DNA from: Terriglobia bacterium | Lineage (GTDB): Bacteria > Acidobacteriota > Terriglobia > Terriglobales > Acidobacteriaceae | Length of the DNA: 64,000 nt | Assembly: GCA_963786325.1 (NCBI GenBank) | Contig: CAWAYW010000019.1 | Coordinates: 1,027 to 65,026, forward strand | Direction of reading: 5' to 3' | In this document: positions 11,507 through 20,260 of the stretch, in pieces | Layout: every line of letters begins with the position of its first letter | Position numbering within the stretch: the stretch's first letter is position 1 | Translations under genes and position numbers: made by a program | Notes under the pieces: model-generated | Told to the model about the DNA's origin: nothing | Databases searched by the model: none | Seen by the model: the letters and a program-made list of their open reading frames with translations, nothing else

Positions 11507-12001
11507 CTATCCGATGTACCAACGGGCGTATGTTGCCAATCCGAGCAGGAATGCGAGCCACCAGAGCACGAGGACCCCGCGCATCCATGCCTTGTATTTG
11601 GCCATGCGCATTCTCTGCGGGAGTATTTTCGTGCCCGCCGCGACGAGGATGTACAGGCCACCGATCTCCGCGGCGGTCCCCAGTAGCGCGTGCGCTACGG
11701 CCACTGCGTAAAAGCTCTTCCCAAGTTTCGCGGGTATTTTCGGAGCAACCTGGGCGCGAAACGATGGGGCCATGAATAAAGCGATAAGGACAACGTTCAG
11801 CAGGACAACTAGCGATTGGCAGCGGGCGTGCCAGCGGTATCTCCGCAGTCGCGCAAGTAACGCACCAGCGAGCAAGGCAAATGCCATGCCGGTTTCAAGC
11901 AGCAACAAAAGATCTGCATAGAATGGAGCTGCAGTTCGCAGAAATCCGTGCTTCAGCAGAAAAGAGCTGTGCAGGACGCAGGTGAACTCTGAGCGGGCCA
12001 C
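11507..12001 (-). CDS. Hypothetical integral membrane protein (about 4 TM, DUF420-like)
   Basis: 164-aa ORF with a GTG start and four hydrophobic segments. It lies just upstream of the aquaporin on the same strand. I can show no catalytic motif. Confidence 0.4.
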   Translation of the reverse strand: MARSEFTCVLHSSFLLKHGFLRTAAPFYADLLLLLETGMAFALLAGALLARLRRYRWHARCQSLVVLLNVVLIALFMAPSFRAQVAPKIPAKLGKSFYAVAVAHALLGTAAEIGGLYILVAAGTKILPQRMRMAKYKAWMRGVLVLWWLAFLLGLATYARWYIG

Positions 12002-12028
12002 ATGGGGATAACCAAAAAGCGCGAGTAT

Positions 12029-12298
12029 TTATTCCTTCGCGAATGCAACCGTGAGGCGCTGATGCAATCGCTCGCTGAAACCTTTGGGAAGTTCGATTAC
12101 CCTCTCGTCGCACAGCAACTTCACAACGTTTCGCATCCCGTCGTAGACGGCCGTACAGTGGCTGCAGCTCTGAAGGTGATCTTCAATCTGAAGTCGAAGC
12201 TGAAATGTGAGATCGCCCTCCAGGTAATCAGACAACTCCCTTCGAACTTGATAGCAATCGATTTCTACGACGCTTGGTTTCTGCGACACCAATATCAC
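12029..12298 (-). CDS. Small soluble zf-HC2 (ZAS, HxxxCxxC) anti-sigma-factor-like protein
   Basis: 89 aa with HLQSCSHC, which matches H-x3-C-x2-C. It has no TM segment and is a paralogue of 13299-13568. Confidence 0.6.
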   Translation of the reverse strand: MILVSQKPSVVEIDCYQVRRELSDYLEGDLTFQLRLQIEDHLQSCSHCTAVYDGMRNVVKLLCDERVIELPKGFSERLHQRLTVAFAKE

Positions 12299-12686
12299 CG
12301 ATCAATTGGATGCCATAACACTAAGAAGGTGACGTTCACCCTCGTGTCCGCGTTTCAGATTGAGCTTTGAAACCTTCGTCATACTTCTGAATCTCACGGC
12401 CACGTGAGCAGCTCAGCACGGCACATGAGCCCACATCAAATCGGGTTCGCGAATCGTTATCGATTCATCGCCCAGTGCATGAGCATGCGCACGAATCAAA
12501 CCTTCACCCGGAGGGCAAGCTACTGGGCACAATTGTCGGCCCGGAGCATCCGCATAATTTTGCATGGGGCGACGACGAGACGGCAGGACTCTCTACTTGT
12601 GCGCGAAGACCGGTCTATACCGAATTCGGCTCAATATTCCGGGGATTCGTCCGTAAGATGTTAGTTCAACGAGTTTGAGAACGACT

Positions 12687-13178
12687 ATGGATGATAGCTA
12701 CGCCATTCGACTGGCAAAGACTAAACTACGAGACGCTTATGACAAAGGGAACGTGAGGGGAGTCCTATCCGTTTTTGCGGACAGATATAGTGACATGTCG
12801 GCCGGACTGGCATCCTTCTACGGAACTGAGGGACATGCGGTGCTTAAGCACAGGATGAAAAAGCTTTTCGCCTGCTACCATGCGCAACTGGCAGTCACGA
12901 TCATCTCGATTCAAGTACAAGGGCCGCTGGCGTTCGACTGGGGCTGGCACAAGCTCACACTGAAACCCAAGGAAGGTGGGAAGGCAATTTCAACACGAAC
13001 CCGCTACCTGGAGATTTGGCAGAAAGGTGCCGACGAAAGCTGGAAGATCGCGATCTTCCTCGACAATGTGGACGTTCCGCCGCAGATGCCGCCGAAAGAG
13101 GTCTTGGCGGAACTGGGGAATGGGCGTGCCACGTCCAGTCGTCCTTCCGTGCGCAGCAGAAGGTCTAAACTTGGATAG
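12687..13178 (+). CDS. SnoaL/DUF4440-like (NTF2 fold) protein
   Basis: The tracked ORF starts at TTG 12675; an ATG at 12687 is more likely. The C-terminal pattern RYLEIWQKGADESWKIAIF is typical of DUF4440/SnoaL-like proteins. Confidence 0.5.
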   Translation: MDDSYAIRLAKTKLRDAYDKGNVRGVLSVFADRYSDMSAGLASFYGTEGHAVLKHRMKKLFACYHAQLAVTIISIQVQGPLAFDWGWHKLTLKPKEGGKAISTRTRYLEIWQKGADESWKIAIFLDNVDVPPQMPPKEVLAELGNGRATSSRPSVRSRRSKLG

Positions 13179-13298
13179 GATATTTAGGTTCCGAATTGAA
13201 ATGTCACCTTTCTGAGGTTGGCGAGTCTGAATGGAGAATTGTTTACTCCAGATGGCAGCAGGAAGCATCTGATAGAGGTCTAAACGGGAGCGAGACGC

Positions 13299-13568
13299 TT
13301 GGCGAACAAGCCCATCGAAATCGACTGCGTAGAAGTGTGGCGCCAGATTTCCAATTATCTTGAAGGTGAGGTGGACACTGCGCTCCGCGCCAGCATGGCT
13401 TCGCACTTTAAGGATTGTGCTCATTGCAGCGCCATCTTGAATGGAACGCGCAATGTCATGAAGCTGGTTGGGGACGGAAAAGCCTTTGAGATTCCAGCGA
13501 GCGCGAGTCAGAACTTCTACAGGAAGCTGAATAACCATCTCGCTACCCGCAAGCGCAAGTCGCGTTGA
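13299..13568 (+). CDS. Small soluble zf-HC2 (ZAS) anti-sigma-factor-like protein
   Basis: 89 aa with a TTG start and the HFKDCAHC motif. It aligns along its length with the 12029-12298 product (IDC..V...L..YLEG......). Confidence 0.6.
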   Translation: MANKPIEIDCVEVWRQISNYLEGEVDTALRASMASHFKDCAHCSAILNGTRNVMKLVGDGKAFEIPASASQNFYRKLNNHLATRKRKSR

Positions 13569-13579
13569 CGAAGAATCCA

Positions 13580-14179
13580 CTAACCGACAGCGGGTACCTG
13601 AACGCCCAACTCAACGGCTCGAGCCTTCCCCAATTCCTCTTGGATTCTGCGGTTGTGAAAGTCCGGCACCGTCCCAAGACCGAATGCGACCGTATTTGCG
13701 AACTGAGCAAACCCGACCGTCACAATGGCTTCAAGGATATGCTGCTCGCCGAACCCATAGGTGCGTAGTACTTCGATATCGTCGGCGCCGATCTTTGAAG
13801 GGTGCTTGTTGAATTTGGCACAGAAGTTCAGCAGCGCTTTGTCGGCAACAGCAATCTTTGCGTGAGCGTGGTCAATAGCAATTTGTTCGGGGTCCGGCCC
13901 CTCAAGGCCGAGCATGCGGACGATTTCGCAATGCGCGGTCACACAATACGTGCTGAGATTGGCCGCCGAACATACCAGAAAGATGTACTCTTTTTGCCGA
14001 CGCGCGAGCGCACCCTCCTTGAGCAGGATTGCACCCATCAAGTTAATCTCAGCGTCAACAAAATCGGGTCGCATAGTCTGGGCTGGGAAAAAGTTCGGCA
14101 GAAATCCAAACTGTTCCCGGATAGAAGCAAACGCCGGAAAATCCTTGTCCTCATATGGCTGGTTCCGCAAATACGTCAT
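13580..14179 (-). CDS. Carboxymuconolactone decarboxylase (AhpD-like) family, peroxidase-related protein
   Basis: 199 aa with FREQFGFLPNFF, NLSTYCVTAH and GLGTVPDF, a pattern I recognise from CMD/peroxidase-related (TIGR01926-type) proteins. Confidence 0.8.
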   Translation of the reverse strand: MTYLRNQPYEDKDFPAFASIREQFGFLPNFFPAQTMRPDFVDAEINLMGAILLKEGALARRQKEYIFLVCSAANLSTYCVTAHCEIVRMLGLEGPDPEQIAIDHAHAKIAVADKALLNFCAKFNKHPSKIGADDIEVLRTYGFGEQHILEAIVTVGFAQFANTVAFGLGTVPDFHNRRIQEELGKARAVELGVQVPAVG

Positions 14180-14341
14180 AACTTCACCCCAAGTATTGGC
14201 CCTAGTCTACACTAGGAAATCAATTCTTAATTCCTGACTGCCGTCAATGCAGCGCCGCACTCCACTCTCATCTCGTCGTCAGGAAACGTGACGCGCGTTA
14301 TGCCCCTCAAGTCCCGGGATATACTAGCAGGCCTGTGACTT

Positions 14342-16072
14342 ATGGGCGGAACTCTTGCAACAAGAAATGAGGAGAGTGGTCCCTTTCGTGGGCTCATCGA
14401 AGCCTACGGATTCGTTCCAAATCTGTTTGGTCTGCAGAAAAAATTGCCAAGAGTCATCGAGGCAGAACAACGGCTCATCGATGCCATCGTTGTTCGAGAG
14501 TCCGGGCTCAGCCGAGGGCTGAAGGGTTGCCTTTTGCGGATAGTGGCTAGCGCCCAAGGTAGCGACTACTGCCGGGCGCTCCACGCCCAGACAGAATCTA
14601 ACGACGGCGAGAAGGATGCGGCCCTCCTTGCGTTCGCGAATAAGCTTGCGAGATATGCACCCTGGATTTGCAAGAACGACGTAGGGGCGCTCAGGGCATC
14701 AGGATTTGACGACTCTCTAATCCTGGATGCTGTCCTCACAGTCGCATTGGGTCAATTGCTTTGCACACTGTCGAATGCTCTCCGTCCGAACATGGACCCG
14801 GGAGTTCCCACACCCGCTTCAATAGAGTCCTCAAGACTTGCGGAACCGGTCGAGTGGTTTGACACTGGGGGTCCGTATTTGCAAGCCAGTCCCCAGTCCG
14901 CCTCGAATTTCCAGCCTTATGCCTTTTTCCGAGAGCAGTTCGGATTTGTTCCTAAGCTTTTCCAGGAGCAGATGCTGCGCCCCGATGTAGTAGAGGCTGA
15001 ATGCGAGACCTTGGCGCAAATATTGATGCCGGAGGACCTGCTAAGCCGTGTCGCAAAGGAGCACATCGTTCTGATTATCTCGGCGGCGAACCTGAATACA
15101 TATTTTGTAGCAGTGCACAGCCAGATACTCACCACGTTGGGAGTCGGGCTGGAAGACTCCAACCAGATCGTCGAGGACCACCGCTGCGCGGCGATTTCAC
15201 CCGCAGAAGTGGCTTTGTTGGATGAAGTTCGAAAATTAGCCTGCTGCCCAACTGGATTGCAGGCGGGGTTCGACCCGATACCCTTGCAGGCACACGGATT
15301 CAGCGAACCGCAGATCCTGGAAGCCGTGGCAATGGCAGCAGTGACCAATTTTCTCAACACTTTGCAGGCTGGACTGGGGGCAGTGCCCGATTTTCCGCCC
15401 CGCCGAGTCTTCACTCGAAAAGATTTGTATCCTTCTTCCGCCCCATCCCGTCTGATTTCCGATGCCACTCCTCCAGACGATCCCGATGCTTCAATTGTCG
15501 TCCGAGTTCAAGGGGGAGATACTGACGCATTCGAAGAATTGGTGCGCCGGCACTCGCGGCGAATCTTCGGTACTCTGGCTGGCCTCCTTGGGAACTTGGA
15601 CGATGCCAGGGATGTTACACAGGACGTGTTTTTGAAGGCTTTCGAACATGTCGGCCGTTTCCAGGGACGATCCAAATTCTCGACCTGGCTCACCAGCATC
15701 GCTATCAATACTGGAACCGAGCTGCTCCGGCAACGCAAACCTTCTGAGTCTCTCGATGGAGGCCAAGAGGACGACGAGTTTCGCCCGCGGCAAATTCAGA
15801 GCTGGGCGGATAACCCGGAGCAGGTTTTGGCCGCAACTCAGAGGACTGACCTGGTGAGGGAAGGGGTCCTCCACTTGCCGGAAAAATACCGGGTTGTCGT
15901 GCTCTTGCGTGACATCAACCAGGTTTCGACGGAAGAAGCCGCGGCTGCCTTAGGGCTGAGTATTCCTGCTGTCAAAGCCCGCTTGCTGCGCGGACGATTG
16001 ATGTTGCGGGAGAGTCTTGCACCGTATTTCATTCGCGTGGAAAAGAGGAGCCCCGATGCTCAGCTGCGCTGA
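14342..16072 (+). CDS. Fusion protein: two AhpD/CMD-like domains followed by an ECF (sigma-70 family) sigma factor
   Basis: A single 576-aa ORF. Residues ~12-150 and ~185-352 resemble the neighbouring CMD protein. Residues ~382-576 carry sigma region 2 (DAFEELVRRHSRRIFG...DVTQDVFLKAF) and region 4 (LPEKYRVVVLLRDINQVSTEEAAAALGLSIPAVKARLLRGR). Confidence 0.75.
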   Translation: MGGTLATRNEESGPFRGLIEAYGFVPNLFGLQKKLPRVIEAEQRLIDAIVVRESGLSRGLKGCLLRIVASAQGSDYCRALHAQTESNDGEKDAALLAFANKLARYAPWICKNDVGALRASGFDDSLILDAVLTVALGQLLCTLSNALRPNMDPGVPTPASIESSRLAEPVEWFDTGGPYLQASPQSASNFQPYAFFREQFGFVPKLFQEQMLRPDVVEAECETLAQILMPEDLLSRVAKEHIVLIISAANLNTYFVAVHSQILTTLGVGLEDSNQIVEDHRCAAISPAEVALLDEVRKLACCPTGLQAGFDPIPLQAHGFSEPQILEAVAMAAVTNFLNTLQAGLGAVPDFPPRRVFTRKDLYPSSAPSRLISDATPPDDPDASIVVRVQGGDTDAFEELVRRHSRRIFGTLAGLLGNLDDARDVTQDVFLKAFEHVGRFQGRSKFSTWLTSIAINTGTELLRQRKPSESLDGGQEDDEFRPRQIQSWADNPEQVLAATQRTDLVREGVLHLPEKYRVVVLLRDINQVSTEEAAAALGLSIPAVKARLLRGRLMLRESLAPYFIRVEKRSPDAQLR

Positions 16073-16298
16073 GTTTCTGGCGGAATTCGGGGATTACCTG
16101 GAAGAGGCGGCCAGCCCTGAAGTCCGGGCCCGCCTTGAGGAGCATCTGCACGAATGCAAGACATGCCAGGTCCTCGTCGACAGCACTCGGAAGACCATTC
16201 GATTCGTTACCGACTGTGACTCGTTTACTCTCACGGCCGATCAGGTAGAGCCCTTTGTTAAGGATGTGATGGACCGCATTCGCGAAAGGAAACCGTAA
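16056..16298 (+). CDS. zf-HC2 (ZAS) anti-sigma factor, translationally coupled to the fused sigma factor
   Basis: The tracked ORF starts at 16017. An ATG at 16056 is preceded by AAGAGGAG and overlaps the sigma gene end by 17 nt. It carries the HLHECKTC motif, encodes about 80 aa and has no TM segment. Confidence 0.65.
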   Translation: MLSCAEFLAEFGDYLEEAASPEVRARLEEHLHECKTCQVLVDSTRKTIRFVTDCDSFTLTADQVEPFVKDVMDRIRERKP

Positions 16299-16672
16299 CT
16301 CACGAATACTCTCTCGGGATCTGACCAAGCGTCGTTCAGCTAAGAGCCCCCGACCCAGTTCCGGCAATTCCAAATCCGGGCGGACAAGCTGACCGGCGAC
16401 CGCCAAAAGATTTCTTGTATCTTCTCACCGGGGTCCCCGTCTTATTTGAGAATTTAGCGAAAAATCCTCGCGATAAGAGATGCGCCACATGACAAACCTG
16501 CGAATCGAGGACGAACGTAAGCAGCTTCCTGCCAATCCAGCAGCAATGATGTACGCTTCGAGAGCCCAGCGGGCTACCGCCCACACGGTTTCCGCCGGAA
16601 ATCCGCTCGAAAAGGAGTGAAGCCGAACTCATTGCGAGGGTCAACGGAGGAGATGTTGAGGCGTTCTACGAG

Positions 16673-17227
16673 ATGGTCCGTCCTTATGAGCGCGCTGTTT
16701 TTCTGGCTGCACTCTCACTGGTGAAGAATGACGCCGATGCAGAGGAAGTCGCCCAAGAGGCAATTCTCAAGGCTTTTAAGAATCTCTCCCGCTTCCGCCA
16801 GGAGGCCAAGTTCAGTACGTGGCTGATCCAGATCTCTATCAACGAAGCGAAGATGAAGTTGCGCAAGGATCGGCGCCACCTGTACGAGTCAATGGAGGCG
16901 GGTCAACAAAACGATGAGGGTGATTACATCCCGAAGGATTTCGCAGATTGGCGGGAAATTCCTTCGGAGGCGTTGGAGCAGGAAGAACTTCGTAAGGCGC
17001 TCACAAAAGCACTAGACTCTCTCCCCGAGAAATACCGCACCGTACTGATCTTGCGCGACGTACAGCACCTCAGCATCACCGAAACGGCACAGGTCCTCGG
17101 CCTCTCAGAAGCGAACGTAAAGACCAGACTGTGCCGTGCCCGCCTGCAGATGCGTGACGCGCTGGCGCCCGGCTTCGACGGAGCTTGGAGGCGAGGAAGA
17201 ACGTACGAAAAAGTTCGGCCCTTTTGA
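16673..17227 (+). CDS. ECF RNA polymerase sigma factor
   Basis: 184 aa with region 2 (EEVAQEAILKAFKNLSRFRQEAKFSTWLIQISINE) and region 4 (LPEKYRTVLILRDVQHLSITETAQVLGLSEANVKTRLCRAR). The conserved N-terminus seems to continue upstream of the first canonical start codon (see findings). Confidence 0.8.
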   Translation: MVRPYERAVFLAALSLVKNDADAEEVAQEAILKAFKNLSRFRQEAKFSTWLIQISINEAKMKLRKDRRHLYESMEAGQQNDEGDYIPKDFADWREIPSEALEQEELRKALTKALDSLPEKYRTVLILRDVQHLSITETAQVLGLSEANVKTRLCRARLQMRDALAPGFDGAWRRGRTYEKVRPF

Positions 17228-17499
17228 TGTGATCGGGCCCGAATGCACAATCTCTTCCAGCGGAGGAAAGTCATGCATTCTCAGGCATTCATAGACTACG
17301 CAATCGCACGTCGAGTGGAGCGTCCGTCGAGGATGACGGTGCTCGGCTGTCGACTCTCTGAACAACAAGAGGTCATGACAAGCGTTACCCCGATGAGGTG
17401 AGTCTCATGGCTCCTCGGCAGTCGGAAAATCTGGCCTCAACGGGTGCCGTGGGCGCGGTCTAACATCCGGGGACGTTAAGGGGACAATAAGATCAGTTA

Positions 17500-17966
17500 C
17501 ATCTCGTTGTTGCCCTGTCACCCAGCGGTCGAACAGGTTGTGCGAATCAGCACTGCTTGGGGCTGGCGTTTGCGGACGCGGTGGAATTTCAATGGTGCTG
17601 GCGGCGTCAGGTTGCTGAGTCGGGGAGCGTCAAGCGTCCTTTCGGAAGATTCCGCAACTCTGACTGCGACGGATTGATCGCGCGGTATGTTCGGACCTCC
17701 GGGTGGTTTGCGTAGAACTCGCGGAGAAGTCGCAGGCGCTGGAATCGGGGGGCTCGCAAGGCTCTGGAGTGACCGGAACTGCAGCTGCTGCTGGAAGAGT
17801 TGTTGAAGTCCGGCTGTGCTTGCCGCGAGACGCGGCTGAGTGCACCGACGGGCAGGAAAGCCGCAGTGCAGCGGACGAACCTTGCGATGCTGCCATGCAA
17901 GATTGTTAGAGATTGCTATGCCAGAATCTATTTCCGCTGCATGAGACGATGTCGGCCACCCACGGT
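17500..17966 (-). pseudogene. Possible frameshifted 5' remnant of an IS91-family transposase
   Basis: Directly downstream of the recombinase, pieces resembling an IS91 transposase N-terminus appear in different frames (VADIVSCSGNRFW, then IARFVRCTAAFLPVG). There is no intact ORF. This is a weak call made by eye. Confidence 0.3.
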
Positions 17967-18881
17967 TCATCGCTTCTTCTTCAGCCTGGAACGCTTCACG
18001 CCGTTGGGTCCGGAGACCTCGATGGTTTCCAGCGGACTGGGAACCGCCTGCAAATGGCGTCGGGACAAGTGCAGATAGACGGTTGTGTCAGCCAGCTTGG
18101 CATGTCCGAGTAGGACCTGGATCGTACGCAGATCGGCGCCGGCTTCGAGCATGTGGGTGGCGAAGCTGTGCCTGAGCGTATGGGGAGCGACGTGCTTCGC
18201 GATGCCTGCATGCTTCGCGGCCTTGGCCACGGCAGTCCAGACAATCTTCTCCGTGATGGGTACATCGGCCCGCCAGTTGTTGACCGTGCCGGGGAATAGA
18301 TATGTTTTTGGTTTCATCCAGCGCCAGTACTCGCGCAGGGTCTCCAGCAGCTTCGGGGATAATAGGACATCGCGATCACGGCCGCCCTTGCCCTGACGAA
18401 CATGAATGACCATGCGTTCGCTGTCGATATCGGAGACCTTGAGGTGACACAGTTCGGCTCGGCGCAGACCGGTTGCGTACAGCATCATCAGCATGGTGCG
18501 GTGCATTAGGTTTTGAGCGGAATCAATGAGCCGCGCCACCTCTTCCTGACTCAGTACTGTGGGCATCCGCCTCTGGCGCTTCGGAAACGGAATGTGATCG
18601 GGAAGATACGGTCGCCTGAGCGTCTTGACGAAGAGAAAACGCAGAGCGGCGGTGCGACCTTCGATGGTGCCCGCCGAGAGTCTGCAATCACGAAACAGAT
18701 GAACCTGGTATTCGCGGATGTGGTTTGGACCGAGGCGGTCCGGCGAACGGCGGAAGTACTTCGCAAAATCCTCCACCGCATGGATGTAGGAACGAACCGT
18801 GTTCTGAGCGTAGTTGCGACGCTGCAGTTCATCCAGCATCAGCTTCCTGAGACGGGTCACAGTAACCTCCTTGTGACCCAA
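17967..18881 (-). CDS. Tyrosine site-specific recombinase (XerC/D-like, the type usually paired with IS91-family elements)
   Basis: 304 aa. The catalytic signature is present: ATGLRRAEL (R), HTLRHSFATH (HxxR) and LLGHAKLADTTVYLH (H...Y). Confidence 0.85.
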   Translation of the reverse strand: MGHKEVTVTRLRKLMLDELQRRNYAQNTVRSYIHAVEDFAKYFRRSPDRLGPNHIREYQVHLFRDCRLSAGTIEGRTAALRFLFVKTLRRPYLPDHIPFPKRQRRMPTVLSQEEVARLIDSAQNLMHRTMLMMLYATGLRRAELCHLKVSDIDSERMVIHVRQGKGGRDRDVLLSPKLLETLREYWRWMKPKTYLFPGTVNNWRADVPITEKIVWTAVAKAAKHAGIAKHVAPHTLRHSFATHMLEAGADLRTIQVLLGHAKLADTTVYLHLSRRHLQAVPSPLETIEVSGPNGVKRSRLKKKR

Positions 18882-19059
18882 ACCTTACACGGGCAACAAT
18901 GCTTGGGCCGACCACGCGGCAGCGTCCGCCGCGCCAGCGGCTTAGTCAAACGCCCTTGTGTTCACAAAAACGGGATCGTTCTCAAGCGGTCGGCGATCTG
19001 GAGCTTAGATCAGCTCCCCAAACGAAATGACACCCTGGCTAGGGTTGCCATTGGAGGGT

Positions 19060-19917
19060 TTACATTACACCCAAACTGACGTGATCGAGCAAGACTGAGA
19101 CGGTTGAAGCACCACTCAAATGATTGAACGCGCCCCCAAGTTCGGGACCAGGGGGTCGGAGGTTCAAATCCTGTCTCCCCGACCAATCTTTCCCGTAACT
19201 TACCTCGCGGTCGTTTTCCTTCGAAGGCTGCGTTGTGTCGTAGTTTGTGTCGTAACCGGTTGGTTTGCCCAAATTGCCCCTGCGAGTCGCAAGCCCGTCC
19301 AATGCCTTCCGCTTGAGGTCAAGACGAACATGGGAGTAGTGCTCTAGCATCTGGCGTGAGACGTGCCCAGCGATAGCCATGATGGTCGCGTCACTGGCCT
19401 GATACTCGGCCAACTCGGTAATTGCATGATGCCGGAGATCGTGGAACCGCAATGCGGCGATCCCTGCGGCCTTCCGCAAACTCCTCCATGCCGAACGCCA
19501 ACTCTTCTGAGGAGTCGTAGGATCAAAGCGCTCATTCTCACACGCGGGGAAGACGTAGTGATCCGGGTGCGTGCCACCTATCGCCGAAGCCCGACTGTAT
19601 AGCTCCCGCATCGAGCTTAAGGCGTCTTCATTGAGCGGAATCACGCGCTGCCCTGCCTCAGTCTTGCTCCTCCGGATCGTGACAGTTCCAGCCAGGAAAT
19701 CCACGTCGTACCACCTGAGCCCCTTAATCTCACATGCGCGCATGGTGGTGTTGAGGGCAAGCACCATCGCCAAGCGGGCATTCTGCCACTCCGGCTTCAT
19801 CGGGGCAGTTTTGGCGAGTCGGAGCTTTTCATCCAGTGTCATGGCACCGCCAATCTGCGTGTGAACTGGCAGGGGAATCTCATCCGCGAAGAGATGCCAT
19901 AGCTTTGCGCGTTTCAT
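19060..19917 (-). pseudogene. N-terminally truncated tyrosine integrase (catalytic domain only) reading into a tRNA-like fragment
   Basis: The catalytic domain is present (NTTMRACEI, FHDLRHHAITE, IAGHVSRQMLEHYSH), but only about 35 aa precede it. The ORF's last ~45 codons are antisense to a tRNA-like T-arm/acceptor sequence. Confidence 0.65.
19145..19185 (+). other. tRNA 3'-end-like fragment (T-loop GGTTCAAATCC + acceptor strand + CCA); a putative att remnant
   Basis: The sequence is ...GGGGGTCGGAGGTTCAAATCCTGTCTCCCCGACCA. No matching 5' acceptor strand or anticodon arm lies upstream, so this is not a complete tRNA. Confidence 0.45.
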
Positions 19918-19954
19918 GACGCCCCGCAGAACTCCGAGCTCCAGGTTGATCGTC

Positions 19955-20260
19955 TTATTCAGTTGTCGACGTTTGACCCAAACCCGTGAACCAGTGCCAA
20001 GCCAAGTGCATGCGCAGTTCCTCTACCAGCTTGCGCTCGCTGGTAATGCCATAGAGATAACCGATCAACAGGATGCGCAGCAGCAGCTCGGGATCAATCG
20101 AGGGACGGCCCGTATCGCTGTAATTCGCCTTCAGCTTCTCTCGCACAAAAGCAAAGCTGATATGTTTTTCAATGAGCCGCAGCAGATGCGTCTCTGGAAC
20201 CTGATCTTCCAGGCGGAAGTAGTAGAACAGCGCTTCGGAGCGGTCGTGTTGCCCCATCAT
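19955..20260 (-). pseudogene. IS5/IS1182-family transposase, N-terminal (DUF772) fragment only
   Basis: LFYYFRLEDQVPETHLLRLIEKHISF...GRPSIDPELLLRILLIGYLYGITSERKLVEELRMHLAWHWFTGLG is the conserved N-terminal domain. The ORF stops after ~100 aa and the DDE part is absent. Confidence 0.65.

Noticed and set aside
12990-13580. 196-aa minus-strand ORF
   Set aside because: It overlaps both the SnoaL-like gene end and the whole ZAS gene 13299-13568 on the other strand. It has no motif, whereas the ZAS gene has a paralogue and the HxxxCxxC signature.
14917-15468. 183-aa minus-strand ORF inside the CMD-sigma fusion gene
   Set aside because: It is antisense to a CDS with clear paralogy to the neighbouring CMD protein, so it is a shadow ORF.
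17518-17970. 150-aa ORF downstream of the recombinase, considered as an intact gene
   Set aside because: It has a low-complexity Pro/Gln/Ser-rich translation. The only recognisable similarity (IS91-like N-terminus) is spread over different frames, so I treat it as a possible pseudogene remnant instead.
19100-19190. A complete tRNA gene next to the truncated integrase
   Set aside because: Only a T-arm, acceptor 3' strand and CCA are present. I found no complementary 5' acceptor strand and could not fold a canonical anticodon arm, so I call it a fragment.
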